Source: a bacterium (GTDB lineage: Bacteria; Patescibacteriota; Minisyncoccia; Phycocordibacterales; Phycocordibacteraceae). From it: a stretch of 40,398 nucleotides of DNA. Both the position numbers and the translations under genes were made by a program. The first letter of the stretch is position 1, and every line of letters begins with the position of its first letter. Below are positions 25,369 through 35,289 of this stretch, one piece after another. The notes beneath the pieces were generated by a model. That model was not told where the DNA came from, ran no database searches, and was given only the letters and a program-made list of their open reading frames with translations. The DNA lies in the NCBI GenBank assembly GCA_027311385.1, contig DAICZA010000003.1, positions 1 through 40,398 on the forward strand, written 5' to 3'.

Positions 25369-25812
25369 CTACCGATTTTTCAATACTCGCGACATGTCGC
25401 GCGTCGCGTCGCGTTTCTTCAGGTCTTCGCGGCGGTCGGCCTTGCCTTTGCCGCGGACAATCGCGATGCGCGCCTTCACGAACCTGCCGGCAGTATACAC
25501 CTCAAATGGGATGATTGTCAACCCTTTCTTCGCCTCGGCGGCGAGAAGCTCGGCGACCTCTTTCTTGTTGAGCAGGAGACGGCGCGGGCGCTCGGGGTCA
25601 TAGCTCTTCGGCGTATTCGCGGCTTGGTACGGCGGGATGGTCATCCCGACGATGAACGCTTCCCCGCCGCGCACCACCACCCGCGCACCGTCCAAGGAGC
25701 CCTGCTTGGCGCGGAGCGCTTTCACCTCAGTACCCACGAGTTCAAGACCCGCCGCGAAGTGCTCCAGCGGGGCGTATTTCAGGTGCGCTTTCTTATTCGC
25801 AACGAGGGTCAT
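25369..25812 (-). CDS. smpB: SsrA-binding protein
   Basis: NKKA, AGLELVGTEVKALR, DPERPRRLLL, RGKGKADRRE. Confidence 0.95.
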   Translation of the reverse strand: MTLVANKKAHLKYAPLEHFAAGLELVGTEVKALRAKQGSLDGARVVVRGGEAFIVGMTIPPYQAANTPKSYDPERPRRLLLNKKEVAELLAAEAKKGLTIIPFEVYTAGRFVKARIAIVRGKGKADRREDLKKRDATRDMSRVLKNR

Positions 25813-25930
25813 ACGGCAAAGTATACCGCACCTTTGACTTTCCACCCGATTTTACGTAGTGTGGCTCCTGTAATTAGCTGTAATCCGCAGATGTAGTTAT
25901 CTGTTCTTCAATCCAGACCAAGGAGGCACT

Positions 25931-26647
25931 ATGTCTCAGAAAGTGAGTCTCACCCCGGCCGAGCAATTCGTCAGGTTTGCACTGAGAATCGGCTCAATCG
26001 AACTTATCCCACAAGGGCGGCCTCTGAAGAATGGACGGGTATCGCCCTATTTCTTCAATGCCGGATTGTTCAACACGGGCGAGGAAATCGGGGAACTTGC
26101 TGGTGCCTATTCGGAGGTCATCATGGAACACTTCGACACCGCCGCCGGAGACGAGCAACCGGCATATGACATCCTGTATGGCCCGCCGTATAAGGGAACG
26201 ATTCTTGTTCCCGTGATTGCCTACAACCAATATATGTATGGGCGGCACGGAAGTATTCATTTCTGTTCCAGCCGCAAAGAGGCCAAGGATCACGGCGAAG
26301 GCGGTTCGCTCATCGGCTCGCCAATCCAGTCCGGGGATCGCGTGCTTATTGTCGACGACGTCATAACCGACGGCTGGACGAAAAAAGAAGCCGTGGAATT
26401 CATCAGGGGCTTCGGCGGCATACCTGTCGGCCTCATCATCGCGTTCGACCGACAAGAACGCGGAAAGGGCGAGCTATCGGCAGTGCAGGAGTTCGAGAAG
26501 GAGTATGGAATTCCGGTACATGCCGCTGCGACACTCGCCGACCTCATCTCATTCCTACAAAAAACACCGGCCGAGAGCGGCGACGATAATATCGGCGAAG
26601 TGCTCGAAAAGATCCTCGCTTACCAAAAGCAGTACGGCGTCTCATGA
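25931..26647 (+). CDS. pyrE: Orotate phosphoribosyltransferase
   Basis: LKNGRVSPYFFNAG, GPPYKG, RKEAKDHGEGG, LIVDDVIT, DRQERG; AGGAGG RBS. Confidence 0.9.
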   Translation: MSQKVSLTPAEQFVRFALRIGSIELIPQGRPLKNGRVSPYFFNAGLFNTGEEIGELAGAYSEVIMEHFDTAAGDEQPAYDILYGPPYKGTILVPVIAYNQYMYGRHGSIHFCSSRKEAKDHGEGGSLIGSPIQSGDRVLIVDDVITDGWTKKEAVEFIRGFGGIPVGLIIAFDRQERGKGELSAVQEFEKEYGIPVHAAATLADLISFLQKTPAESGDDNIGEVLEKILAYQKQYGVS

Positions 26648-26666
26648 GCTAGAGACACCGTTAGCG

Positions 26667-26703
26667 GGCCGCAACCGAAGTCTGGTTGCGGCCTTTTTCT
26701 TTT
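26667..26703. terminator. Terminator between convergent pyrE and cfa
   Basis: ggccgcaacc...ggttgcggcc followed by a T run. Confidence 0.65.
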
Positions 26704-27817
26704 ACCGCACGCTCGTGTACCCGCCCGGGACGCCTCCTTTGGAGAGGACGATTTGCCAGAGCTGCATCTCTCGCGCGCGGAAGCCGCCGGCGCAGGTGAG
26801 GAGATAATATTTCCACATCCGATAAAATCGGTCTCCGTACTTTTCTTTGAGCGAGGGCCACGCGGCGTCAAAGTTCGCAAACCACGCCATCAACGTCTTA
26901 TCGTAATCGGCGCCGAAATTGTGCAGGTCCTCCACGATAAACAAATTCTCAATCGCCTTCCCCATCTGCGCGATGGACGGAAGCACACCGCCCGGGAAAA
27001 TATATTTCTCAAACCACGGGTCGCTCGTGAGCTGGGAGACCTTGTAGCCGATGGTGTGCAGGAGGAAGAACCCGCCGTCTTTGAGGCACCGGTTCGCGAC
27101 CTCAAAGTACGTCCGGTAATTCTTCACGCCCACGTGCTCAAACATACCGAGCGAGACGATGTGGTCAAATTCCTCGTGTACGTCGCGATAGTCTTGCACG
27201 CGTATCTCCACCGACAGGCCAGCGCAGTTTTCACGGGCGAGTTCTGCCTGCTCTTTGGAAACGGTGACACCGACAACCTGCGCGCCGTATTTCTCCGCCG
27301 CGTACTTCGCGAAGCTCCCCCAGCCGCACCCGATGTCCAGCACGCGGTCACCTTTCTGGAGTCCTATTTTCCGGCAGACGAGGTCAAGCTTCGCCTCCTG
27401 CGCTTCATCAAGCGTCGTTGCATCCTTCCAGTAGCCGCAGGTGTACACCATACGCTTGTCCAGCATTGCTTCGTACAGGTCGTTCCCGAGGTCATAATGC
27501 ACCTCGCCCACTTTGAACGCGCGCTGGCTTGACTGCAGATTGAACACAAACGCCTTCGCGATGGCGAGCACGGAGGCGAGGTTAATCTCAAACTCCTTCT
27601 CCAGATGCGCCAGAAACACGTCGTGAATGAACACGTCCAGCGCGTTCGCGTCCCACCAGCCGTCCATATACGCTTCGCCGAGACCCATGGTCCCAAAGCG
27701 GATGACGCGGTTAAACAATCGCTCGTCGTGCACCGTGATGTCTTGCGGGCGCGACCCGCCGATTTCCACATCGGCCTTTTTCAAAAGGCCTCCTATAAAT
27801 GCGCGTGCAGATGCCAT
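26702..27817 (-). CDS. cfa: Cyclopropane-fatty-acyl-phospholipid synthase
   Basis: LGEAYMDGWW, HYDLGNDLY, VLDIGCGWG, GMFEHVG, KYIFPGG, FYRMWKYYL. Confidence 0.93.
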   Translation of the reverse strand: MASARAFIGGLLKKADVEIGGSRPQDITVHDERLFNRVIRFGTMGLGEAYMDGWWDANALDVFIHDVFLAHLEKEFEINLASVLAIAKAFVFNLQSSQRAFKVGEVHYDLGNDLYEAMLDKRMVYTCGYWKDATTLDEAQEAKLDLVCRKIGLQKGDRVLDIGCGWGSFAKYAAEKYGAQVVGVTVSKEQAELARENCAGLSVEIRVQDYRDVHEEFDHIVSLGMFEHVGVKNYRTYFEVANRCLKDGGFFLLHTIGYKVSQLTSDPWFEKYIFPGGVLPSIAQMGKAIENLFIVEDLHNFGADYDKTLMAWFANFDAAWPSLKEKYGDRFYRMWKYYLLTCAGGFRAREMQLWQIVLSKGGVPGGYTSVR

Positions 27818-27857
27818 ATGTCCGCACTATATCGCTCCCGTACAGAAAATCCAGTCT

Positions 27858-29657
27858 CTACCGGCGGGCTTTGGCGCGGTCGTTTTCCGTCAAGTACTGC
27901 TTGCGCAGGCGAACCGACTTCGGCGTGATTTCCAGGTATTCGTCGTCGGACATGATCTCCATACCGCGCTCAATCGTGAGGTCAAAGATGGGCACGAGCG
28001 TGAGCGCCTCGTCCATGCCGGAGGAGCGCACGTTGGACTGATTCTTGCCCTTGGTCGGGTTCGCGCTCATCTCTTCGCCCTTCGCGGTATTGCCGATGAC
28101 CATGCCCTCATACACCTCCGTCGCCGGCGTGATGTAGAGCTGGCCGCGGTCCTGCAAGTACCAGAGCGAATACCCGAGCGCCTTGCCCGTTGCCATAGAA
28201 ATCATAGAGCCGACCTGCCGCTTCTTAATCTCGCCCGCGTACGGCTTGAAGCCGACAAACTGCGACGAGAGGATGCCCTCGCCCTTCGTATCAATAACGA
28301 AAATGTTCCGGTAGCCCAAGAGGCCGCGCGTCGGGCCCTGGAGCGTGAGCCGGACGATGTTGCCGTGCTGGGTGAGATTCTGGAGCACGAACGCGCGCAG
28401 GCCGAGCTTCTCAATAATGGCACCCTGGAATTCCGACGGTGTATCAATGACGACTTCTTCAAACGGCTCCAGCTTCACACCGTTCTCTTCGTGTGTGATA
28501 ACGTGCGGCTGGGAAATCTGGAGCTCGTACCCTTCGCGTCGCATATTTTCCAGAAGCACGGCGATGTGGAGCTCGCCGCGGCCGGAGACGAGAAACGTCT
28601 CGGCGCTCCCGAAGTCCACCTTGAGCCCGACGTTGACCTCCAGTTCCTTCTCCAGGCGGTCGCGTATCTGGCGGCTTGTGACGAACTTCCCTTCGCGTCC
28701 GGCAAAGGGCGAATTGTTCACGAGGAAATTGAGCGCGATGGTCGGCTCGTCCACCGCGATGGCCGGAAGCGGCGCGGCCGACTCGTTCGTCGTCACCGTC
28801 TCGCCGATGTAGATGTCGGGCAGCCCCGCGATAAGCGCGATGTCGCCCGCGCTCGCTTCCGGCGTCTCCACGCGCTCCAGTCCTTTGAAGGTGAATATCT
28901 TCGTCGTGCGGCCGGTGCGCACCGTGCCGTCCGGCTTTTTGATGAACACGGTTTGGTTGGGGCGCACGGTACCCTCGTAGATGCGGCCGACCGCGAGCCG
29001 GCCCATAAAATTGTCGTAGGCGAGATTAAACGGCTGGAGCAGAAGCGGCGCATCGGCGGACGCATTCGCGTTTGCCGGCGGCACTTTCTCCAGTATCAAA
29101 TCCAGAAGCGGCGAGAGGTCTTTCTCTTCACCCACGAGGAGCTCGTCGGGCGTGAGCGCAGCACGGCCGTCGCGGCCGATCGCGTAGACCACCGGGAAAT
29201 CGCACTGTTCGTCGGTTGCGCCGAGTTCCATAAACAACTCCAGCACTTGGTCGTGTGCGCGCGCCGGGTCGGCGGCCGGCTTATCTATTTTATTGAGCAC
29301 AACAATCGGCTTGAGGCCGAGCTCCAGCGACTTCTTGAGTACGAACCGCGTCTGCGGCATCGGCCCTTCCTGCGCGTCCACGACGAGCAGAACCGAATCA
29401 ATACTGCGGAGCACGCGCTCCACTTCGCTGCCGAAGTCCGCGTGGCCGGGCGTGTCCACGATGTTTATCTTGGTGCCCTTGTACTCCACCGCCGCGTTCT
29501 TGGCGTAAATGGTGATGCCGCGCTCCTTCTCCAGCGCGTTGGTGTCCATCGTGGTGCCTTCCGGCGAGGCGCCCGTCTGCTTCAGAATGGCGTCGGTGAG
29601 CGCGGTCTTCCCGTGGTCCACGTGTGCGATTATCGCTATATTTCTTATTTCGGTCAT
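27858..29657 (-). CDS. typA: Translational GTPase TypA/BipA
   Basis: [55 protein letters not shown]. Confidence 0.96.
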   Translation of the reverse strand: MTEIRNIAIIAHVDHGKTALTDAILKQTGASPEGTTMDTNALEKERGITIYAKNAAVEYKGTKINIVDTPGHADFGSEVERVLRSIDSVLLVVDAQEGPMPQTRFVLKKSLELGLKPIVVLNKIDKPAADPARAHDQVLELFMELGATDEQCDFPVVYAIGRDGRAALTPDELLVGEEKDLSPLLDLILEKVPPANANASADAPLLLQPFNLAYDNFMGRLAVGRIYEGTVRPNQTVFIKKPDGTVRTGRTTKIFTFKGLERVETPEASAGDIALIAGLPDIYIGETVTTNESAAPLPAIAVDEPTIALNFLVNNSPFAGREGKFVTSRQIRDRLEKELEVNVGLKVDFGSAETFLVSGRGELHIAVLLENMRREGYELQISQPHVITHEENGVKLEPFEEVVIDTPSEFQGAIIEKLGLRAFVLQNLTQHGNIVRLTLQGPTRGLLGYRNIFVIDTKGEGILSSQFVGFKPYAGEIKKRQVGSMISMATGKALGYSLWYLQDRGQLYITPATEVYEGMVIGNTAKGEEMSANPTKGKNQSNVRSSGMDEALTLVPIFDLTIERGMEIMSDDEYLEITPKSVRLRKQYLTENDRAKARR

Positions 29658-29774
29658 ATTCAAAGGTTATACCGCAACTGAAATGACTCTCGCCCCGTAG
29701 CCGCCCGAGCGAAGCGAGGGCGTGGTACTGGGGTGGTCCACGTGTGCGATTATCGCTATGTTTCTAATTTCCAT
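29613..29774 (-). repeat. Duplicated typA 5' end (27-bp identical core, 120-bp spacing) around a hairpin insert
   Basis: gtggtccacgtgtgcgattatcgctat at 29613 and 29733. The upstream copy encodes [14 protein letters not shown] and then diverges. Confidence 0.85.
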
Positions 29775-29843
29775 AAATAAAAAATGCCCTCGGGCGATGA
29801 ATTCAATATACAACACGAATGCGCGAAGCGCAATGCGCGGTCG

Positions 29844-31232
29844 CTAGAACCAGAACGAGGCGATGGCGGCGACACCGGAGAGCGCCATGATGGCGATGGT
29901 CACCCAGCCGATGAAGGACGCGAACGGGTGGTTCGCGTACTCGCCCATATGCCGCTTGTCGCTTGAAAGCCGCACCACGAAGAAGAGGATGACGGGCGCG
30001 ATCACGCCGTTCGCAACCGCGGCGTAGATGAGCCCCTTGATCGGGTCCAGGTGCGCGAAGTTCGCGGCGATGCCAAGCAGCATGGAGACGATGATGACGC
30101 CGTAAAACGCGTACGCCTGCTTCAGCTTGCGGTAGAGGCCGTACTTCCAGCCGAGACTCTCGGCTATCGCGTACGCGCTGGAGCCCGCGAGGACGGGCAC
30201 CGCCAAGAGGCCGGTGCCGACGATGCCGAGTGCGAAGAGGAAGAACGCGGACTCGCCAAAGGGGCGTAGCGCCAAGGCGGCCTGGTCCGCCGTCGCGATG
30301 TTCGTGATGCCGTGCGCGTAGAGCGTGCCGGCGCACGCGGCGAAGATGAAAAACGTGATGAGGTTGGAGAACAGCATCCCGCTCCATACGTCGGTCCGCA
30401 TGCGGCGTATCGTCTTCGGGTGCACTTGTGCACGGCGCACTTCAATCGTGTCCTCTCCCTTCAGTATCTTCTCCTCCACTTCCTGCGACGTCTGCCAGAA
30501 GAAGAGGTAGGGAGAAATGGTGGTGCCGAGCACGGCGCAGACGAGGAATATCTGAGTCTTGGAAAACGTCATAGAAGGAACGACGAGATGCCGGAGCACA
30601 TCGCCCCAATCAAGCCCGACCGAGAATGCGACGACGACATAGGAGAGGAGCGCGAGCGCGAGATATTTCAGGTATTTCGCATAGCGCGCGTAGGTGGTGA
30701 ATACTTGGAGGATGAGGCTCGCGAGCGCGAAGACGATAACGAGCAGTTCAAATCCGAACTGCGGCAGGACGAGCCGCGTCCCCGCCGCCATCGCGCCGAG
30801 GTCGGCGGCGATGTTGAGCACGTTGGCGAGGAAGAGGAGCGCCGTGACCAGATAGAGCGCGCTCGACGAATAGTGGCGGCGGATGTTCGCCGCGAGCCCC
30901 TGCCCGCTCACAATGCCAATCCTCGCGCACATCTCCTGCACCGTCGCCATAAACGGGTAGGTGAAGAGCGCGGTCCAGATGAGCTGAAGCCCGTACTGCG
31001 CGCCCGCCTGCGAGTAGGTGGCGATGCCGGACGGGTCGTCGTCGGCGGCGCCGGTCGTGAGCCCGGGGCCGAGCGTATCCCAGTATTCTTCCGCGAGTTT
31101 GAACGGCCGCTTGCTGATGATTCTTTTCTCTCCTTTCTTCGCAAGCTCAATGCCCTCCTCCAATACTGCCGCCGGTGCTTCAAACGCTTCCTCCATTTCT
31201 TTCCGGAACGGGTGCTGCTCTTCTGCATTCAT
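29844..31232 (-). CDS. NRAMP-family divalent metal transporter
   Basis: LGPGLTTGAADDDPSGIATYSQAGA, GTTISPYLFFWQ, about 11 TMs. Confidence 0.85.
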   Translation of the reverse strand: MNAEEQHPFRKEMEEAFEAPAAVLEEGIELAKKGEKRIISKRPFKLAEEYWDTLGPGLTTGAADDDPSGIATYSQAGAQYGLQLIWTALFTYPFMATVQEMCARIGIVSGQGLAANIRRHYSSSALYLVTALLFLANVLNIAADLGAMAAGTRLVLPQFGFELLVIVFALASLILQVFTTYARYAKYLKYLALALLSYVVVAFSVGLDWGDVLRHLVVPSMTFSKTQIFLVCAVLGTTISPYLFFWQTSQEVEEKILKGEDTIEVRRAQVHPKTIRRMRTDVWSGMLFSNLITFFIFAACAGTLYAHGITNIATADQAALALRPFGESAFFLFALGIVGTGLLAVPVLAGSSAYAIAESLGWKYGLYRKLKQAYAFYGVIIVSMLLGIAANFAHLDPIKGLIYAAVANGVIAPVILFFVVRLSSDKRHMGEYANHPFASFIGWVTIAIMALSGVAAIASFWF

Positions 31233-31288
31233 AGTGACCTCATCATACCTTTGGAATCCCGGACCGGACACTTAATCCACACGGTGCG

Positions 31289-32815
31289 TTATTTCCCCAA
31301 ATCCAGAATATCGTCAATGCGTACCTGCGCGACAAACTCCGGCACGTGGGAGACGAGGATGAGCGCACCCGCGTACTGGTCCAGCGCCTTGGCGATAATC
31401 GGCAGGTGGCGGAAATTGATGTGGTTTGTCGGCTCATCCAGGATAAGGAGGCCGGGGCGCTCGAGCACGAGCGAAGCGATCGCGACGAGCCCCTTCTGCC
31501 CTTCGGAGAGACTGCCGATTTTCGTATGGATGACGTCGGCGGTAATGAGAAATCCGGCGGCAATCGTGCGCAGGCGCTCTTCGTCCGGCCGGCCCATCGC
31601 GTGCCGGAGCGCTTCCAGCACCGTCTGGTCAAAATCCAGCGTGGAGAAATCCTGGCGGTAGTAGCCCACCTTCACGCCGTCGGAGATGACCGCTCCCTCG
31701 GCGATGCCGCGCGCAATCGCCTCAAGCAGCGTGGTCTTGCCGATGCCGTTGGGCCCGCGAAGCAGGAGATGCTGATTCTTACGGAGTGCGATGTTCGTCT
31801 TCTTCGTAATCGGCTTGCCCTTCGGCGACTGCACCGTGTATGACGTGAGTGCGAGCACAACGCCGCTCAAGTGCTCCTGCGCGGGAATCGTAAACGGCCG
31901 GATGGTCTTGTCCTCTTTGCGCACGTCCACTTTCGCCTCTTCCATCTCTTCCACTTCGGTGCGCATCTTCTTCGCAACGAGGCGCATCTTCCCGCCTTTC
32001 TGCGCGAAGAAGTTCGCCTTGTCTTTGTTCTCCTGGATTTTTTTCTCCAACTGCGCGTTCTTGCGGTTCTCCTTCTCAATGCGCGCGAGGATGTCGCGCT
32101 GCACGTCATGATAGTTGCCGGGGTACTGCTCAATCTTCCTCGTGAACACGTCCAGGTAGAGCACGCCGGTGGTAAAGGCGTTCAAGAACTCGGCGTCGTG
32201 CGAGATCACGACGCAGGTGCCCTGATACGCCACGAGAAAGTTCGTGAGGTGTTCAATGCCGGCTTTATCCAGATTGTTCGTGGGCTCATCCAAGAGGAGG
32301 AGATCGGGATTCTGGATGAGCGCGGAGGCGAGGAGGAGGCGCGCCTGCTGACCGCCCGAGAAGCTCTTCACAATGCGGTCGTGCACTTTCGTGTGCCCTT
32401 TCAGGTTCACCACCTCCAGCACGTCGTCTATCTTCGGGTCTATGTCGTACGCCTTTGCATCAAGATAAGATTGGAAGAAATCGCGGACGGTGAGTTCCAT
32501 CTTCTCGCGCGGTATCACCTGCGAGGCGAGCGCCACCTTCATGCCGTGCGCAGTATGTATCTCGCCGGACTCGGGTTTGAGTGCGCCGGTCATGAGAGAA
32601 AAGAGCGTGGACTTGCCGGCGCCGTTCTGCCCCATCACCGCCATCTTCATCCCGCGGCGCAGCGAAAAATCCACCTCCTCCAAAATAGGTTTGTTGTGCG
32701 ACCAATTTCTCTTGCCCGTACCCGGGCTTAGAGAAATGGAAGTGCCCACGTCCTCGTGGGCCCCGTATTCAAACGACACGCTTTCAAAGCGTATGACGCT
32801 TTCTTCTTTGGCCAT
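31289..32815 (-). CDS. ABC-F family ATPase
   Basis: Two ABC domains (GQNGAGKS, SGGQ, LDEPTNNLD; GPNGIGKT, SEGQ, LDEPTNH) and no TM segments. Confidence 0.92.
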   Translation of the reverse strand: MAKEESVIRFESVSFEYGAHEDVGTSISLSPGTGKRNWSHNKPILEEVDFSLRRGMKMAVMGQNGAGKSTLFSLMTGALKPESGEIHTAHGMKVALASQVIPREKMELTVRDFFQSYLDAKAYDIDPKIDDVLEVVNLKGHTKVHDRIVKSFSGGQQARLLLASALIQNPDLLLLDEPTNNLDKAGIEHLTNFLVAYQGTCVVISHDAEFLNAFTTGVLYLDVFTRKIEQYPGNYHDVQRDILARIEKENRKNAQLEKKIQENKDKANFFAQKGGKMRLVAKKMRTEVEEMEEAKVDVRKEDKTIRPFTIPAQEHLSGVVLALTSYTVQSPKGKPITKKTNIALRKNQHLLLRGPNGIGKTTLLEAIARGIAEGAVISDGVKVGYYRQDFSTLDFDQTVLEALRHAMGRPDEERLRTIAAGFLITADVIHTKIGSLSEGQKGLVAIASLVLERPGLLILDEPTNHINFRHLPIIAKALDQYAGALILVSHVPEFVAQVRIDDILDLGK

Positions 32816-32868
32816 CAGCCAACCATACCTTATTTCGCATTAAAACGGAAAGAATGTATAGTACCGGC

Positions 32869-33576
32869 ATGTCAGACGACTACCCGATGCGCATCAACAA
32901 ATACCTCGCCCACGAGGGCATTTCCACGCGCCGCGGCGCGGACGAACTCATCGCCCGCAAGAAGGTGCTCATAAACGGCCGCGTCGCGGTCATCGGCGAA
33001 AAGGTGAATGAGGGCGACACGGTGGAACTACGCGGCAAGAGTTCCGCGAAGAAGTTCGTCTACTACGCCTACCACAAGCCGGTCGGCGTCATCACCCACT
33101 CGCCGCAACTCGGCGAGAAAGACATCAAGCAGAGCGTCGCGCTCCCGAAGGACGTGTTCCCCGTCGGCCGGCTGGACAAGGACTCCAGCGGGCTCATCAT
33201 CCTCACGAACGACGGCCGCGTGACCGACCGCCTGCTTGCGCCCGGCTACGACCACGACAAGGAGTACCGCGTGCGCACCGCGGAGCCCCTGCGCGAGAGC
33301 TTCAAGAAGACGATGGAAGCGGGCGTGGACATTGAGGGCTACCGCACCAAGCCGTGCACGGTGCGCAAAACCGGCCCGAAGAGTTTTACGATTACGCTCA
33401 CCGAGGGCAAGAAGCATCAAATACGCCGGATGGTCGCGGCCATGCACAACCAAGTCGCGGAGCTGGAGCGTATGCGCATATTAAATGTGCGGCTGGACAA
33501 TCTCGCGCCGGGCGCCTGGCGCGCGATTGAAGGCGCCGAGCTTACGACGTTCCTTTCGCAAATCGGGATGAAATAG
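32869..33576 (+). CDS. rRNA pseudouridine synthase (RsuA/RluB/RluF family)
   Basis: S4 domain MRINKYLA...RRGADELI, VGRLDKDSSGL, EGKKHQIRRM. Confidence 0.92.
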   Translation: MSDDYPMRINKYLAHEGISTRRGADELIARKKVLINGRVAVIGEKVNEGDTVELRGKSSAKKFVYYAYHKPVGVITHSPQLGEKDIKQSVALPKDVFPVGRLDKDSSGLIILTNDGRVTDRLLAPGYDHDKEYRVRTAEPLRESFKKTMEAGVDIEGYRTKPCTVRKTGPKSFTITLTEGKKHQIRRMVAAMHNQVAELERMRILNVRLDNLAPGAWRAIEGAELTTFLSQIGMK

Positions 33577-33582
33577 AGCGGC

Positions 33583-34041
33583 CTACGCCGGGCGCGCGAC
33601 GCCGGCGAGGCTCCGGAACACGTCGCTCGGCTTCATATATTCTTCGGTGATAGCGGAAATAAGCACGTCATCGCCCGCGTCAAAGTTATGCGTCGCGTCG
33701 GTCATCACGTCGCCGACGTGCGGTCCGCATTCTTCGCGCACCTGCACCGTCACGGGGATGAACGGCACGCCGTGCGTATGAAATACCTGAATGCGGTGAT
33801 TGCCCGCTTCAAGCCGGAATTTCTTATTGCGCACGCCGACACGCATGATAAGCGGGTCGTGGAGCCCTTCGCTCACGATGTTGTCCCAGAGCTCGTCGAG
33901 CGTCACGATGGTGCCGTCTTTGAGGTCGGCTTCGGGCGATACGTCGGCACCCCGATACGCCCAGACCCAGTCGGTCGGCACGAGTTCTATCTTCCCCGCC
34001 GCATACAGCGGATGATTCTTCCAGAGTGCTCGTATGTCCAT
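33583..34041 (-). CDS. ParB/Srx N-terminal-domain-like protein
   Basis: IVSEGLHDPLIM...LEAGNHRI resembles the ParB G..R box. Confidence 0.6.
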   Translation of the reverse strand: MDIRALWKNHPLYAAGKIELVPTDWVWAYRGADVSPEADLKDGTIVTLDELWDNIVSEGLHDPLIMRVGVRNKKFRLEAGNHRIQVFHTHGVPFIPVTVQVREECGPHVGDVMTDATHNFDAGDDVLISAITEEYMKPSDVFRSLAGVARPA

Positions 34042-34047
34042 AGGCCG

Positions 34048-34281
34048 TTACGCGCGGTGCGGAAGCGGCTTGCGGCCCCAGTGGATGTGCGCCCAGACGC
34101 GCTCGTGGAGGTAGTAGAGAATGGTGCTGTACCCGTCTACAAATATGACGATGCCGACGGAGAGCGCCGCGCTCCTCGTGAAGAAGTACGCGACGCACAA
34201 ATCGGTGATGATACTCACCACGCGATAGCTGACTGATTTCACGATCGAACGGTTGTACGTCTCCGCAGATGTCAATTTCAT
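34048..34281 (-). CDS. DUF2061-like small membrane protein
   Basis: RSIVKSVSYR and LYYLHERVW..IHWG. Confidence 0.75.
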   Translation of the reverse strand: MKLTSAETYNRSIVKSVSYRVVSIITDLCVAYFFTRSAALSVGIVIFVDGYSTILYYLHERVWAHIHWGRKPLPHRA

Positions 34282-34339
34282 ACGCGCATCATAGCAAATA
34301 AAAAAGCCGGCGATTCATCCGGCGAAAAGCGGTGTACGC

Positions 34340-34365
34340 AAAACCCCCGCAGAAGCGGGGGTTTT
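34340..34365 (-). terminator. Intrinsic terminator
   Basis: aaaacccccgc-agaa-gcgggggtttt. Confidence 0.75.
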
Positions 34366-34371
34366 ACAAGC

Positions 34372-34488
34372 TTATGCTGCCGGAGTTTCCGGAGCCGGAG
34401 TCTCTTCCGGAGTTGCCGGCGCTACCGGCATATCGGCGGTCTGCGCAGGATCTACGGGAAGTCCTGCACCATTCATTTCATCAGCCAT
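34372..34488 (-). CDS. Small acidic Pro/Ala-rich peptide (38 aa), not in the ORF track
   Basis: MADEMNGAGLPVDPAQTADMPVAPATPEETPAPETPAA*, immediately followed by a terminator. Confidence 0.55.
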   Translation of the reverse strand: MADEMNGAGLPVDPAQTADMPVAPATPEETPAPETPAA

Positions 34489-34563
34489 ATTTGTATGTAG
34501 TTAGTGTCTGGCAAAAACGACCTTTCCCAGCATAGCACCCTTTGCCGCCGGTGTGAACCCCCT

Positions 34564-34935
34564 CTACCCTACGTAGAAGAGGCAGAGACCGGCGACGAGG
34601 ACGATGAGGCCGTAGATGCTGAGTGACCGGAAGAATTTCTTTGTCGCGAACCGCTCCAGCACCTGCGGCGCGAAGATGTAGAGCAAGCCCTTTGCAAGGA
34701 CGAGCCAGAGGATGATGGTGATAATCGCGCGCCACGTGCCGTCCCAGATATTGCTCTTGAAAAGCAGCAGGGTGGAAACGACGACCATGCCGACGCCGAG
34801 CAAGTACACGATGGCCGGGTGGTCAAAGAGGTCCTTGATCAGTTGCGGGACCGTCTTGCCTTTGAATATGAGGAAGAGACCGGCGACGACGAGATACACG
34901 CCCAGCACTTTTGCAATCAGCAACGAAATGCTCAT
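34564..34935 (-). CDS. Hypothetical 4-TM membrane protein
   Basis: 123 aa, strongly hydrophobic. Confidence 0.75.
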   Translation of the reverse strand: MSISLLIAKVLGVYLVVAGLFLIFKGKTVPQLIKDLFDHPAIVYLLGVGMVVVSTLLLFKSNIWDGTWRAIITIILWLVLAKGLLYIFAPQVLERFATKKFFRSLSIYGLIVLVAGLCLFYVG

Positions 34936-35056
34936 AGCGAATTAATGATGGTTAATGCGTATAGCGTAGCACCTTTTCATTTGATTTTTGCCGGTTATGC
35001 GTCTAGTATTGGGAACCAGAGCAGTATCCCGCCAACCAACAGAAAAAGGAGGCGTT

Positions 35057-35248
35057 GTGATCCATATCCAGGTAGAGTTTGAGTCCGGAGGCTTCGGCGC
35101 GTGTCTGTTTACCGATCAAAAACAAAAGGACAAGCGGCGAATGAAAAAGCCCCATTCGCGCAGGCACACCCAGAGAAGCAAGCGGGAAATAGCTCGTATT
35201 AAAAATGAGCTCCTGCGGCTCATGTTGCTGTTCCCCGTTACCCTATAG
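35057..35248 (+). CDS. Small basic hypothetical protein
   Basis: AAAGGAGG RBS 4 nt before GTG; GC hairpin downstream. Confidence 0.4.
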   Translation: MIHIQVEFESGGFGACLFTDQKQKDKRRMKKPHSRRHTQRSKREIARIKNELLRLMLLFPVTL

Positions 35249-35289
35249 CCCTCCCCGACACCGCGGCGCGCCCACCAGGCGCGCCGAAC

